Positions 1-12,418 of a DNA stretch of 64,000 nucleotides are shown piece after piece (within the stretch, counting starts at the first letter, position 1; each line of letters opens with the position of its first letter). The position numbers were made by a program, and so were the translations under genes. The stretch covers positions 1,798,001 to 1,862,000 of the forward strand of contig NC_045138.2 in assembly GCF_008831285.2 (NCBI RefSeq), in the 5' to 3' direction. Source of the stretch: Nymphaea colorata (taxonomy: Eukaryota). The notes under the pieces were generated by a model. That model was not told the DNA's origin and did not search any database. It worked only from the letters and a program-made list of their open reading frames with translations.

Positions 1-744
1 CATTAACAGGATGCCTTCCTTTTAGAGGTTTAAAACATAGAAATACATTTTCTCATCTTATTATGACATCAAATTAAGTTTTGTTTTCACTAGGGCATAT
101 GGGGCCCTTTCACAATAGGAACATCAATACAATGTCCCATGGATATGTACCAATTGTGACAGAATCATGTAACAGTACATTTTATGCGACAAAAAATCTG
201 TTACTGATGGGAGAAAAATGTCAGCAATGCCTCCCACAATGTCAGAAGAACTTTTATTGACACTGTTAGGAAAAGCTATGTTAGTGTAGTTCTTACCGAT
301 GCCACACATGTAATATCAGTAAAGGCTTGATTTTTCTAGTATTAGTATTATGTGAATCTGTCTCAATCTTTAAAACAGATTTGATAAACACTGTGTTTGT
401 GATCTTGTAATTGTCGAACACCCTCAAAAGAACTGAAATTTTGCCTCATGATGCCATTTCCTAATACATAACGTGCATATGGTGGATGGTACATCGGCAG
501 AATTTCTTTTCTCCTCCGCTATTGCTTCTTGTTTACTTCCTTTTATGTTCATAAACTCCTCAAATCTTGTGGCCAGCTATAAATGTATCAGACGCTTGAT
601 ATTCATTTCTTGTTTTTCGTGTAGTCAGATTATTCTATTTCAATAGTAAACTGCAAGTCAAATAAATTGATCAATCCTTAGGATAAAACTATGACACTCA
701 CAATTTACTCATATATAGGTGGGTAGAGAATCAAAAGCAAACAT

Positions 745-1193
745 AGCTAGAGCTCTATCTAATATTACTTAAGTTTTTTTAGAGATGTGCTTATAATAAT
801 TCGTGATATTAAGTGAATGTGGATGTATAAATGCATTGACCCTACATGATTAGAAGTCTATCTTTCATTCCTACTATAACATTCACCTAAAAACATTCCT
901 ACCATCTCATACATCTAAGTTTTCCATTTTAATTTATATAATTATCATAAATATTTTTATGAAAAAAAATAAAAATGGAATATGGTTGTATACCATCAAG
1001 TATGATTCCAATGTTGGGTGATTACTTGAATTTTGGTCTTGGTGAAGTCAACAAATGAGAAATTAGAGCCATAGATTTTGGGATAAAAATATTCCAAAGA
1101 ATGGAAAAGATGGGAGACTTTAATATAAGAGGAATACAGAGAAAGAGAGAGAAAGAAAAAGATTTTGAAAGTCACAAAATAAAAGATTTAAAA

Positions 1194-1236
<43 letters not shown>

Positions 1237-3279
1237 TACATATAAATATATATATACACACACATAAGTATTTGCATATGTATATGAAAGCTTATGAAAA
1301 GAAAGTATTAACTCAAATGAAAAGGGAGAAGAAGATTTTAAAAAGAGAATTAAAAGGAGGTCCTTGGATTCCATCGCTCGATAATTACATGCACAAAGTT
1401 CTCATCCACTGATTGCATTCATTCATCTGCCACTGTCTCTAACCCACATTCTTCAAAGTAAGAAGGAAACATGCAAGAAAATATGGGATGTCGAGACCGA
1501 TACCATTCAGGAGCCAAATGTTTACATTCAAGAGAATATAAGTAGATCGTTTGGGTCCTTTCCTGATGAAGATGTGATCGTAAGAGAATGTAACACCACG
1601 TTGTAAAAAATACATCTTGAGTGATGACTCTAATGGTAGAAATTAAATTAGTGGGAAAGATTGACAAAGTTGACAAAGATGATATGAGGTCTGAAATCAT
1701 CACATAAGGTTTTGTGCACATCCAACATTCTCTATACTTCTATCATGTGAAATAATTTAGAAAAAAAGGGGTTAGGGACCTAATTGAGATAACTTCGTGT
1801 TATGATAAATTCAATGCCAAGTTATGCTTATTTACTTTAGCCAAATGAGTTAGTACTAAGATACATTCTTTTTTAGGCAACTAAGGGTAAGGTTTATCCA
1901 CTCTTTCTTAGACACTTGTCAATATACCATAAGTTACCAACTCATTGTATTAACAAGGGGGCTTTCCTGCCCAATGTGTGGTTCCGTTATAAAGCTTAGT
2001 CTTGTACTACCACCTAAGACCAAACCCGACAACATGATAACCGGAATAAATATGTATGAAAAGTTTTTGAAATAAGAGCGAACATACAAAATTTGTTGTC
2101 TTTAATGCAATGTTTCATAAGGTGTTGATTAAAATAAGTAGATGAGAAAACATTGTTTTCAATCAGGTAATAAATTGAGGAGTGTCATATTTGATCTTAC
2201 ATGTAGGTGAACATGATTGATCCTCCTCAATTAGTCTTACATACAAGAAATCAAACACAATTACCAGGTAATGTAATGAAATACCGATCGATGGGGTCAA
2301 GGCCAAAGAAGGGAACATGTTTTATCATCGACAATATGGGAGATGTTCAAGTTAGTGGAAATGCATAAATGATAGTCATAGTCAAACGATGACGGGTACC
2401 ATCATGGCTGTCAATTGTTTGCATCCCCAAAAAACTTTGTTTTGGTTTATGAAGTGCTTGAGAAAAAATTTATTTTTTTTTTAAAAGAGAGAAAAAATGA
2501 TTCACCCGACGGTATGAGGACTGACCATTTTCGATGTCTTTACCAGGGGCAACCAATCCAAGGGATATGCATATTCTTGATGCATTTCGTTTTTTGTTTA
2601 AACATCTTTTCATTCTAAATGTGGTGTGTTGTTTGAGAAAAAATTGAAGATTTGATGTTTCAAATTTTTGAAAAACTTTTGAAGAATCATTTGAAAGTGT
2701 AAAATATTTTGATCTCAAAAATTTTGAATTAGAAAATATTTTCACCTACGAAGTTAATTTAGTGTTCTCTTAAGAATTTAAATATGTTTGATATTTTTTT
2801 CTAAATCGGTTGTACTTAGCTAGAGCTTCATATCATCTTGTTTAAGTTCTTTTATAAAGGCGTTTGTGATCATTTATGATGTTAAGTGAATATGGTTGTA
2901 TGAATAAATTGACCCTACATGATTAAATGTAAAACATTTACTCATACCATAATCTTCATGTAAAAGCATTCCTACCATCACATGCATCTAATTTTTTTAT
3001 TTTATTTTATATAGTTGTCATAAATATTTTTATGAAAAAAGAAAAAAATTTTAAAATAGAATAAAGTTGTAAGCTATCAATCATGATTTCAATATTGAGT
3101 CATTACTTGAGTTTTGGTTTTGATGAAGTCAACAACAAGAAATTAAATCTTAAATCTTGAGAAAAAAAATATTCGAAAGAATGGAAAAGATGAGAGACTT
3201 TAATACAAGCGGAATAGACAGAAAGAGATTTTGAAAGACACAAAATAGAATATTTAAAAGGAGAGAGAAAGATACACAT

Positions 3280-3334
<55 letters not shown>

Positions 3335-3430
3335 TATATATATGTATATGCATATGTATATAAAAATTTGTGAAAAGAAAGTATTAACTCAAATAGGGAG
3401 GAAGAAGAAAATTTTAGAAAGAGAGAAATT
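745..3430. repeat. ~600 bp diverged direct repeat (745-1350 and 2818-3430)
   Basis: Shared agctagagct..ttgaccctacatgatta..cattcctaccatc..ataaatatttttatgaaaaaa..gaatggaaaagatg..(TA)n..gaaaagaaagtattaactcaaat. Confidence 0.85.
1353..1590 (-). pseudogene. Plant mobile domain (PMD / MAIN-like) coding relic
   Basis: Reading through the TGA at 1419-1421 gives FEECGLETVADE*MQSVDENFVHVIIERWNPRTSF, resembling the PMD N-terminal motif D..L..AL.ERW.PET.TF. Truncated at the adjacent repeat. Confidence 0.5.
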
Positions 3431-4634
3431 TTACAGAAAAAGAGGGAGAAATAGTGGAATATACATATATATATTCATATATATGTATATGAGAAGTTGT
3501 AAAAGAATATGTTAAATCACAAAGAGAGAATGACAAAGAGAGGTAGTCATGTACATGTATACATATATAACATGTATATACGTATATGCTTTCATGAGAG
3601 TTGAAAACTTGAAAATATTTGACTTCCATTTTTCTATGTAGGCTGCAGAAGAACTTGAGCTCATGTAAAAGTCTAGGCTTAGTCTCCAATGCCTCATTAT
3701 GTAAACTTCTTGCTTTCAAAAATTTTTTGAAAAACATATTCCAAATATTTTTGTATATGAAGATAAAACCATAATTATTACAAGAAAATCTAATTCTCCC
3801 ACTATTGGGTATGCAAGAAAATCAAATACACTTAAAATGGAGAGCAACATAATAAAACACTCATTGGGGTTCTTAATCGGGTGATTAAGAGAGAAATTAA
3901 ATAAGAGACTATCATAAATATGTATCTTAACATGTACATATTCGCAAAAGGCTTTTTTAGGGTGGACAAATCCCAACCTCAAAATCAACATAATAATGAA
4001 GAAAAATTTTTACCCAGATACTCAATCTTACCGTTCATTTGCATATTAATTGAAAAAAATTAATCTATCATGCAATGAACGTTATTTCAAACATAAAGGG
4101 TGAATAAAGCAATATAACAAGCAATTTTTGAAAATAAATGAAAATTTTGAATTTATTTCAGCTTAGATAGAAAATCTTTAAAGCTCTCTTGCACAGCCAT
4201 TGGGATGTGGTAAAGGAAAACAAAAATACAAAAAATGAGAAGATGACTACATTCATCTAATATGAGTGAATTTAGGAAACAAATCTCCGTCTTCAGATGA
4301 CCCTAGTGTTGCCTCCGGTGAAGCTCCAATGTGATGAAGGTATTCCACAAAGAGATCTACTCGTGCTCCCTTGAAGAGGTGGAAATTGGAGAAGTTTGCT
4401 CCCAAGGTTGGAGAAGAAGTAGAAGAAGAAAAGAAGAGTAAGAGCTAAGGAAAACTCTAGATCTTCAAATGAAAAAGCGCTAGAGGTTTCCAAGAGTTAG
4501 CTCATGCCAAAGAGAAAAGATTGTGAGGGTATTTATAAAGAGTTTTACAGCCAAAACTCAAAATTTGAATTTTTTTTAATTCAACAACATTTTCATGCGA
4601 ATTTGAAGTATTTTTGAATGATTTTTAATTTTTT

Positions 4635-4783
4635 TTAAGCCCGAGCCTAACCCATTAAAGTAGTGGGCCGGCCGGGCCCCAATAAGACAAGCCGAATAAC
4701 TGTTTTTTCAAGGCTCGGGCCCGAGCCCGAGCAAGTCCGAGTATCGGGTACACTGCGGCGGCCCAGGTTGATGCCCAGGCTTA
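4635..4783. mobile_element. One terminus of a GGCCC-rich hAT-type element
   Basis: Ends in gatgcccaggctta, like the family TIR, with gggcc subterminal repeats. Other end not located. Confidence 0.5.
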
Positions 4784-5869
4784 GTTTTAGCTGAAAATTG
4801 GGCATGCATACCACGCAGACCCCTGCTTGGTGTGTTTGCGAGCTCGGCTGCGATCACACATTGGTCTTGAATAAAATGGGGGGAGGCGAAATGCCCCACC
4901 CCCCCCCCCCCTTCTATTGTGTTGTTTGGACCAATAAGGGATAGATTTAGCCCCTAGCCTCTAGGGGGTCTGTTTATAAAATAAAATAAGAAAAGCATAA
5001 AATCATATTTTTAAATGTGTGAAAAAATTGGTTTTTTGTTACAATGGATCAAACTCTGTTTTGGGTGACTCATACTCGTTTTAAATCTTGATTGGGTTCA
5101 ATTGGTTGCGGACGCGTTCTAGTGAGTGATTTAAGCTCCAAAACACATTTTTGGTGCAAGAACAAAACAAAGGAAAGGTTTGTGCATATGCGTATGGTGC
5201 TTGATAGCATCAAATTTTGTCGTTTTGATCTCAGCTTTGGATTTTGAGTTTGAAATGCTTGATTTGAATCTAGACTCTGATTTTGGAACTAATTTGGACA
5301 CGAGAGTTGGATTTCATATTTGATTCTCATGTCTAAAGTTGGGTTTTGAATTTGAATCTTGCGTTTGGACTCGGACGTCAGTTTAGATATTCGTTTTGGA
5401 TCGAATAGTCATACATTTGTTCTAGGTCTAGGGTTGGGCTTAGGGTTTAAAAATTAAGTCCAATGAAGTAACTGAAAATTTCGTTTTGGTGAAAATGGAG
5501 TATTGTTCTTTTAAAAAAATTAGGGTGATGACAATTCTCTCTCTCTCTCTCTCATCTCTCATATGTATATATAGAAAGTCGAGGGTAATGTATAGCCATC
5601 TACCACAGATCTCATGAACATGGCTGATGCTGTCCAAAAAATCCCTTTTTTGGTATTTTTACTTTTCAGTTGGGTTGGGAGGCATGTTGTAGTCACGTCC
5701 TCAGTTCAAATCACTTTTGAGTTGCCATAATCTTTCCAAATTAATTATGTCAGATGCTTTATTTTGGCTGGAAAAATATGCTGCCTATTGCTGGTCCCCT
5801 CTTGGATCCACCCCTACTAATGCATGTAGGCTTGTCTGGGCAACCATACATCTAAATATATTGTTAGCG

Positions 5870-6376
5870 TCCACCATTTGTCATTCATACATTTGTGCCC
5901 TTCAATCATTTAATTTACTTTCATATGTGGTGCCTCATAATGTAGTTGAATCAGATCTTTAGAAGCACTGACACTCCAGTCATAAAATTTACTTTCATAT
6001 GTGGTGCCTCATAACGTTACGTTGGTTACGACATTTGTTTTATTTTAGAAGCTATTTAGAGTTGCATGTCTCATGACCAAAGGCAAGCTTGAAGAGTCCA
6101 TGACGGGTTTCCAATGTTCACTGTGTCTAGTTATGCTTAAGGATGCCAAAATGTTTCATCCACCTAGAGGTGTTGGGTCTCGTAACTTGAGCATGTGTCA
6201 GTTTGGTCATATGGTATTGCAGTCGCTCCCTTGTTGTGTGGAATAGAACGAGCCGTGCAATGTGAATACATGATAAAGAATTGCGTTGGCCAGTGTACTC
6301 GATCGGTAGATTGAAGAGGTCCATGAGAGAGAATCATGAAGAAAAGTAACTATTATATATTGTTTGTTTTCATTAG

Positions 6377-6416
<40 letters not shown>

Positions 6417-6581
6417 GTGAATGGTGACTCATAACCAAGAGTCACTCATCTCACCCGTAATGGCTGTTCGATCCAAAGTGAAGGACCCTTTAGAGAAAAA
6501 GATGAACTTTCATAATCTATTATTACTCTGCCCCTTTTTTTTCTTCTTTCAAACAATTCCACAGTCATCATAAATAAATTA

Positions 6582-6628
<47 letters not shown>

Positions 6629-7928
6629 TGAATACATGGTTCAACAAAGATTAAGATGGAATGCAATTTGTACTTACATATTTGAAAGCAAAAAACCGTT
6701 CAATTCATCCAGATGAACAGGTGAGAGAAGAGAAAGGAGAAAAAGACTTGGGTATTTTTTATATAGTATTCATTTTTTTTTTTTAATTTATCAAGATGGA
6801 TGAAAGACCATGGAATAAGCTTAGTACTATTCACTCATGATATATGTATGAAGATAAAATGCTATTTATACTTTCCTATTTCCTTATAAAGGCGGAAGAA
6901 AGGCAACCTCAATTCCTCGGTAGGGATAAGACCCACGTAGAGACATGATGTACCGCGTGAGATTTCTCTTTATAGGAGGTAAGAGAAATCTATAATACGA
7001 AGGCTTGATTTTCCTGTGTTTATGACAAACTGAAAGGGAATGTCAGATTTGTGAACAAGCGCAGAGCCACATGCATGCACGTCGGAGGCAGATTCAATGT
7101 TGAGTGTCCCAAGACAAGGACTCAATGCAGTGGCAGAGTTAGAATTTTTCAGTTGAGAGTCCCTGGAGTCAGTAAGCTAGGTCTGATATGAGCCCCATGT
7201 AATTTTTAAGTCATCACCATGTAATTGTAAAATTTTCTAATGAAAATTTTGATGGGCTGACGAGGGAAGTTACCCACAAACCTGGTTACATGCGTCATAC
7301 TGGTGCACAACCTGGTTACATGCGTCATACTGGTGCACAAATTTTCATGCTCCAACATGGTTAATAACAAAAATATCTTCCGTTCACACTGAAAATGAAA
7401 TTTTTTGTACAAAAAATGAAAATCGGATAAAGCAAAAAGACTATAAGGGACATTTCTTTTACAACAATTACCAAAATACCTATTTCTCCTCTACACCATA
7501 CCATGCTTAATTTTCTCTCAGTTACCCAACCTCCACCATTTGCTATTCATACATTTGTGTCCTTCAATCATTTAATTTACTTTCATATGTGGTGCCCCAC
7601 AATGTAATTGAATCAGATCTTTAGAAGCACTTAACTTGCATGACCGGCAGAGGTGTTCATCCACGTAAAATCAAGTTCCATCTTGCATGACCGGCAGAGG
7701 TGTTGGGTCTCGTAACTTGAGCATGTATGAGTTGTGTCGCAGTCATGTGTGGAATAGAACAAGCAGTGCAATTTGAATGCATGATAAGGAATTGCGTTGG
7801 CCAGTGTACCCGATCGGTTGATTGAAGTGGATCCATATGATAGAGAGAGAGAATGTTGAAAAAAATAACTATTATATAGAGTGCATGTTGAGAGAAAAAG
7901 TAACTATTACGTTCTTCATTAATTCATA

Positions 7929-8011
<83 letters not shown>

Positions 8012-8510
8012 GTGGATGTTGAGACTTTAAAGAGTTACTCATTTCACTCGTAAAGGCCGTCCAATCCATCTTGGAGGACGTGAACTTTCATAATACCTTT
8101 TTCTTTTGAACAATTGGACACCAATCTTAAATAAGTGAATATATATATATATATATATTTGAAACACATGGTTCAATCTTTTGGAATGCAGTTTGTACTT
8201 GCATATTTGAAAACAAAAGCCGATCAATCCATCACCACAGATAAGGAGAAAAGCAAGGAAAAAAGACAGATGAGTATTTTGGTTGTATAGTATTAATTGA
8301 TTTTTTGTTTATCTTGCAGGATGGATTAAAGTCCATCGAATAAGCTGAGTAATATTCACTCAACGTATCTGTGCAAAGATTGAATGCAATTTATACTTTC
8401 CTATTTCCTTAAAGAGGCGGAAGAAAGGCGGGCGGAATTCCTCGGTAGGGATAATACCCACGTAGAGACATGATGTACCGCGTGAGATTTCTCTTTATGG
8501 GTGGTAAAAG
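5870..8510. repeat. ~1 kb tandem duplication of the copy A upstream region (5870-6985 and 7533-8510)
   Basis: Shared ccaccatttg..tcagatctttagaagcact and aattcctcggtagggataa.acccacgtagagacatgatgtaccgcgtgagatttctcttt, with homologous (TA)n tracts. Confidence 0.9.
7930..8007. repeat. (TA)n microsatellite; others at ~1196, 3283, 6380, 6596, 21305, 61759; (CT/GA)n at ~33950 and 63884
   Basis: Directly visible dinucleotide runs. Confidence 0.95.
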
Positions 8511-8745
8511 GTTGCCAATTCATGTGGTGCGATTGAATTCTTGTTTCTTTCACCTCTCACCAGTTCCTTTTTCCTTTTTCTTGAATACTTTTCCTCTACC
8601 GCAACTTTGATTTCAGGTTGGTTGGGTCATTGATCGCTTTGCCAGATTTCTATTAATGGTGGAGGAGAATATCTGTCGGTGGATGGTCATAAGGATCTAA
8701 GTGGTTCGCTTCCGAGATTTTAATTATTCAAAGTGCATTATAAGA
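8440..8745 (+). promoter_or_regulatory. Putative copy A proximal promoter with MYB AC-elements, ACGT core, E-box and TATA-like box
   Basis: ggtagg (CCTACC) ~8444, ccacgt ~8458, catgtg 8521, ggttggttgg ~8616, ggtggatggt 8678-8687, ttataag ~8738. Motifs are short, so chance matches are possible. Confidence 0.45.
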
Positions 8746-8806
8746 CTTCAGGGTGCAGACCGTCGCCATTGAAACTCAGAATTGAAGAACAGTAGAGAGA
8801 GAGAAT

Positions 8807-10832
8807 ATGGCTCCCAACTTAGAGCAGGCCAAAGCACTGAAGCCTTTCCTTCCTTCCCTGAGCAATGAATTGACCGTCCCCAGCGCCTTCATCCGCAACA
8901 AAGCAGAGCGGCCAAAGGTGGCGCACGATGCATTCTCCAACGACGTCCCCGTCATCTCCTTTGCTGACATCGACTCCGCCGACTCCGCCCGCCGCTCCGC
9001 CGTCTTCGAAAACATTGTGGATGCCCTGGAAAACTGGGGCATCTTCCAGGTGATCGACCACGGCGTGGACCCAACGCTGGTTTCCTCCATGGCCGACCTC
9101 TCCACTCGCTTCTTCCAGCTCCCTGCCGAAGAGAAGCTCCGGTTCGAGATGACTGCCGGCAAGCACGGAGGTTATATATTCAGCAACCACATGTTCGGCG
9201 AGGAGATTGAGAACTGGCGCGAGTTCTTCACCTTCTTTTCATACCCCGTGGAGTCTCGTGACTCTGCCATGTGGCCAGAGCAGCCGAAGGGGTGGCGGGA
9301 GGTGGTGGACCGCTACTGCGAGGCGAACATGAAGTTGGCGTCGCGAATTCTGGAGGTTCTGTCAGAGAGCATGGGCTTGGAGAAGGGCGCCTTCAAGGAA
9401 GCTTGCTTGCACATGGACCAAAAGGTTCTGGTGAACTTCTACCCAAGGTGCCCACAGCCAGAGCTGGCGCTCGGTCTCAGGCGTCACACCGACCCGGGCA
9501 CCATCACCATCCTCCTTCAGGACCTCGTCGGCGGCCTGCAGATCACTAGGGATGGCGGCCGGACTTGGCTCACCGTCAAGCCCATCGACGGTGCCTTTGT
9601 CATCAACCTCGGAGAACATGCTCGCGTACGACAACACTCTGACTCCATGCATCCTCACCAATGGAAAACCAACCAAGCTGATCTTAGGAACCTCACAACT
9701 AATCTTGAATCTCATTTTAGCATGCTTATTTAAGGATTGTGGCGTTTTTTTTTTCCAATATTTTGAATGTAAAAATATAACAACACAAGCAGGTGGTATG
9801 CGGCCAGCCACTGGTATGAGTCTCATATGCACCGGCCTTTGTTTTTGCGAATGCATGCATGGTATGACTCGTGAGAAAAAGAAATGACATAACCTTATTA
9901 TGTTGTGTTTGTTTCGTAGCAGAACATACATCCGTGGTGATTAGATCCATAAATTTAAGATCAAACCACTTACATCCGACCTTAAATCTATGGTTTTTTT
10001 ACATGTAACATGGATTTCAAATCCATGCTAACTAGATCTTCAGTTTAAACAAACCAAGATCTCCCAAAATATGGGACCTGAGATCTAAGATCCATGGCTT
10101 TCAAGTGTAACCTTAGGGTTCTATGACAGGGCAACTCACTCACCGTTTTCTGATGGAAAAGGTAAAACTTCAGGGCGTAGTACAACTGAACACTGAGTCC
10201 ACTAATGAAAAAAAATGATTTGGGTTTAGAACTCTCATTGCCACTGGTATGGTTATTAAATAGTGGCAGATGTTATTTTCTAGTTTCTGTTTCTGACAAC
10301 AACTGTAAGTTTACATTAGTCTTGATGCAGTAGATGATAAGAGAAAGGAAAAAGTTGAGGGATTTCGGTCTCTAACTCAAGTGGTGGGTTATGTCCACTC
10401 ATCAACAATTCTAGATTGACATTATGAGCTTGTGTGGGTAGTTGGCCACATAAATTGCATATTCATATATTTATAAGTTATAATTTAGCTGCTTATATAT
10501 TGCTTTCCCTTTAAAGGTATAATTTAAATTTTAAGGTATTAGTGCAGGAATTCCTATTTCTACCATTGCTTCACATTTATTTATTCTTGGTATACTAGTG
10601 CTTGAGCAACGGGAGGTTTGCAGCGGTGGAGCACCAAGTGGTGGTGAACTCAAATTCCAGCCGTCTGTCGATCGGCGCGTTCCAGTACCCGGCACAGGAT
10701 GCCCTTGTCTACCCACTGAAGCTATCCGAGGGTGAAAAGCCATTGATTGAAAAACCAGTCACCTTCAAGGAGATGTACACCAAGAAGATGCAGCGTGATG
10801 TGGACGTTGCCATGGAAAGGGAAAAGCTGTGA
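8807..10832 (+). CDS. F3H-like: Flavanone 3-hydroxylase-like 2-oxoglutarate/Fe(II) dioxygenase, copy A (2 exons: 8807-9625, 10599-10832; ~350 aa)
   Basis: [49 protein letters not shown]. Phase-0 GT(9626)..AG(10598) intron joins INLGEHAR to CLSNGRF. HxD (9485-9493), distal His (VEHQ) and RxS (RLS) are all intact. Confidence 0.92.
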
Positions 10833-11827
10833 ACCAAAGAGCATGGAGGCTGTTTGTGTTGGAAGTTTCTCAGGCATTTGCTTAATTTCCTCAGTCATTA
10901 ACTTTGTGTGTGTGTTGTGTGGATGCACGCACATGTGGCAACACATGCGTGCTTATCTTCTTGTCACTATGTATGTGTCCTCAATGATCTTCGTGCTTAA
11001 ATAAAGACTCGTGTAGTTAATGAAGTGACTGCAAGTGGGTCATATATGCAAGTTGAAGAACACCGAAATCTCAATGGGAAGGGGCAAAAAACAGGACTTT
11101 GCTTCTCGCTTGGGCCGTGGGATTAATCCTTCTACTCACCCGATCAGATCCGAGATCATTCCGAACATATATTTTTAAAAAACTATGTAATTCAAAAGAA
11201 TTGAGAAACATAAACATCCTTGGAACTACTTTGTTGAGTGTTTTCAGAAATTTCTTGTTTTAAATGGTTTTACATACTTTTCTTTTTCTGTTTTTTTGAA
11301 ATGTTTTTCAATAGTGTTCATTATTCAAAACCGATCGATTCGCCTGAGTTGGCCAATTCACGGAATTATTAGATTCTTTATTTGTTTCATGAACCAATTT
11401 TTACAATACTGACTTGAGAATAGTAGAAACTAAACCGTTCTATAAATATACTTCAGAGACTGAAACATAGTGTACTGTGAATTTACTGCAATTTTTAAGA
11501 CACATTGTCTTGTTATTGTTGTCTTTGCGAAACGGCTCTTATGTGATTTCATGAAACTGCTAGTAAGTTCATGGGAGTTCAATCTATATACAAAAACAAT
11601 CTTCTTGCTGCCTCATGGAAGCTTTGACATGAGAGGACCCATTTTTTCTTTTGTTGGAGGCAATGGCGGAGCCAGCAGACAGCAATTTTTTAGTTATGGG
11701 GCACTGTTATACAAATTCTCATTTCTGAAGGGGCACAACGTATATAAATAAATAAATAATTATAAGAAATCTATGTAAAAAATAAATAAAAAATTTTGTT
11801 GCTGGTGTGGGCAACTGCCCATGCCAA

Positions 11828-12210
11828 CCTATATTTATTCTTGGCCGGTTAGTCCTTGAGCAATGGAGGTTTGCTCCAGCTGTTTGTCGATCGGCAGTAT
11901 CAGCAAAGGTAAAAAAGAAAACATCTAAAAAAGTGAGAAGATTTAAAAGGACATTTTTTTTATAATTTCAAAAATTTTCCTTTTTTTTTTTTTTCTTTCG
12001 GCAAATGCACATTGCTTGCACCGAGCAGCGCATACAACTCACTCTCGTGCCCAAGCATAAAGGAGCTTGAGAAAGCTAAAGAGTTTGCGCCATATCCAGC
12101 TTTGTATGTGTGTGTGTGTGTGTGCGGATGCATACAGATGTGGCAACACATGTCACTGTGTATGTGTCCTCTTTCACAAATGCTTAATAAAGATTTGTGT
12201 AGTTATGAAA
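11828..12210 (+). pseudogene. Decayed duplicate of copy A intron end, exon 2 and 3'UTR
   Basis: tttattcttgg..ag tccttgagcaatggaggtttg..tgtcgatcggc matches 10578-10680. tgtggcaacacatg..tatgtgtcctc..aataaaga matches the 3'UTR at 10905-11025. Confidence 0.75.
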
Positions 12211-12237
12211 GGCAAGAAATGTTCCCTGGTTCTGCGT

Positions 12238-12418
12238 CAGTTGCGGAGCCAGAAATTTTTTTACTAAGGATTACGGTTAATTTACATTTCAACTTTAAAG
12301 AGCACTTATCCATTAAAAAAAAAAAGTGAGGATTAATGAAGTTTCTACATACAAATAAATCAAATTTAATGAGATGGCGAGGGCAATTGCCCACAGCAGC
12401 CACAGGTGGCTCGGCCTT
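12238..12418. mobile_element. MITE of the cagtggcggagcc family; related fragments at ~7127, 11660, 12770-13097, 19609, 28261
   Basis: Imperfect TIR cagttgcggagcca...tggctcggcc with the internal gggcaattgccc palindrome; same motif recurs at the listed positions. Confidence 0.55.

Noticed and set aside
2170..2330. RING-like Cys remnants on the minus strand (..EEDQSCSPTCK)
   Set aside because: Requires several frameshifts and stops; the pattern is too weak to call.
5510..5533. Possible Ogre/Tat LTR terminus (tgtcatcaccctaattt on minus)
   Set aside because: No second terminus, PBS or TSD could be identified.
1120..8227. Numerous short YIYIYI/ERERER ORFs
   Set aside because: Translations of (TA)n and (GA)n microsatellites in AT-rich non-coding DNA.
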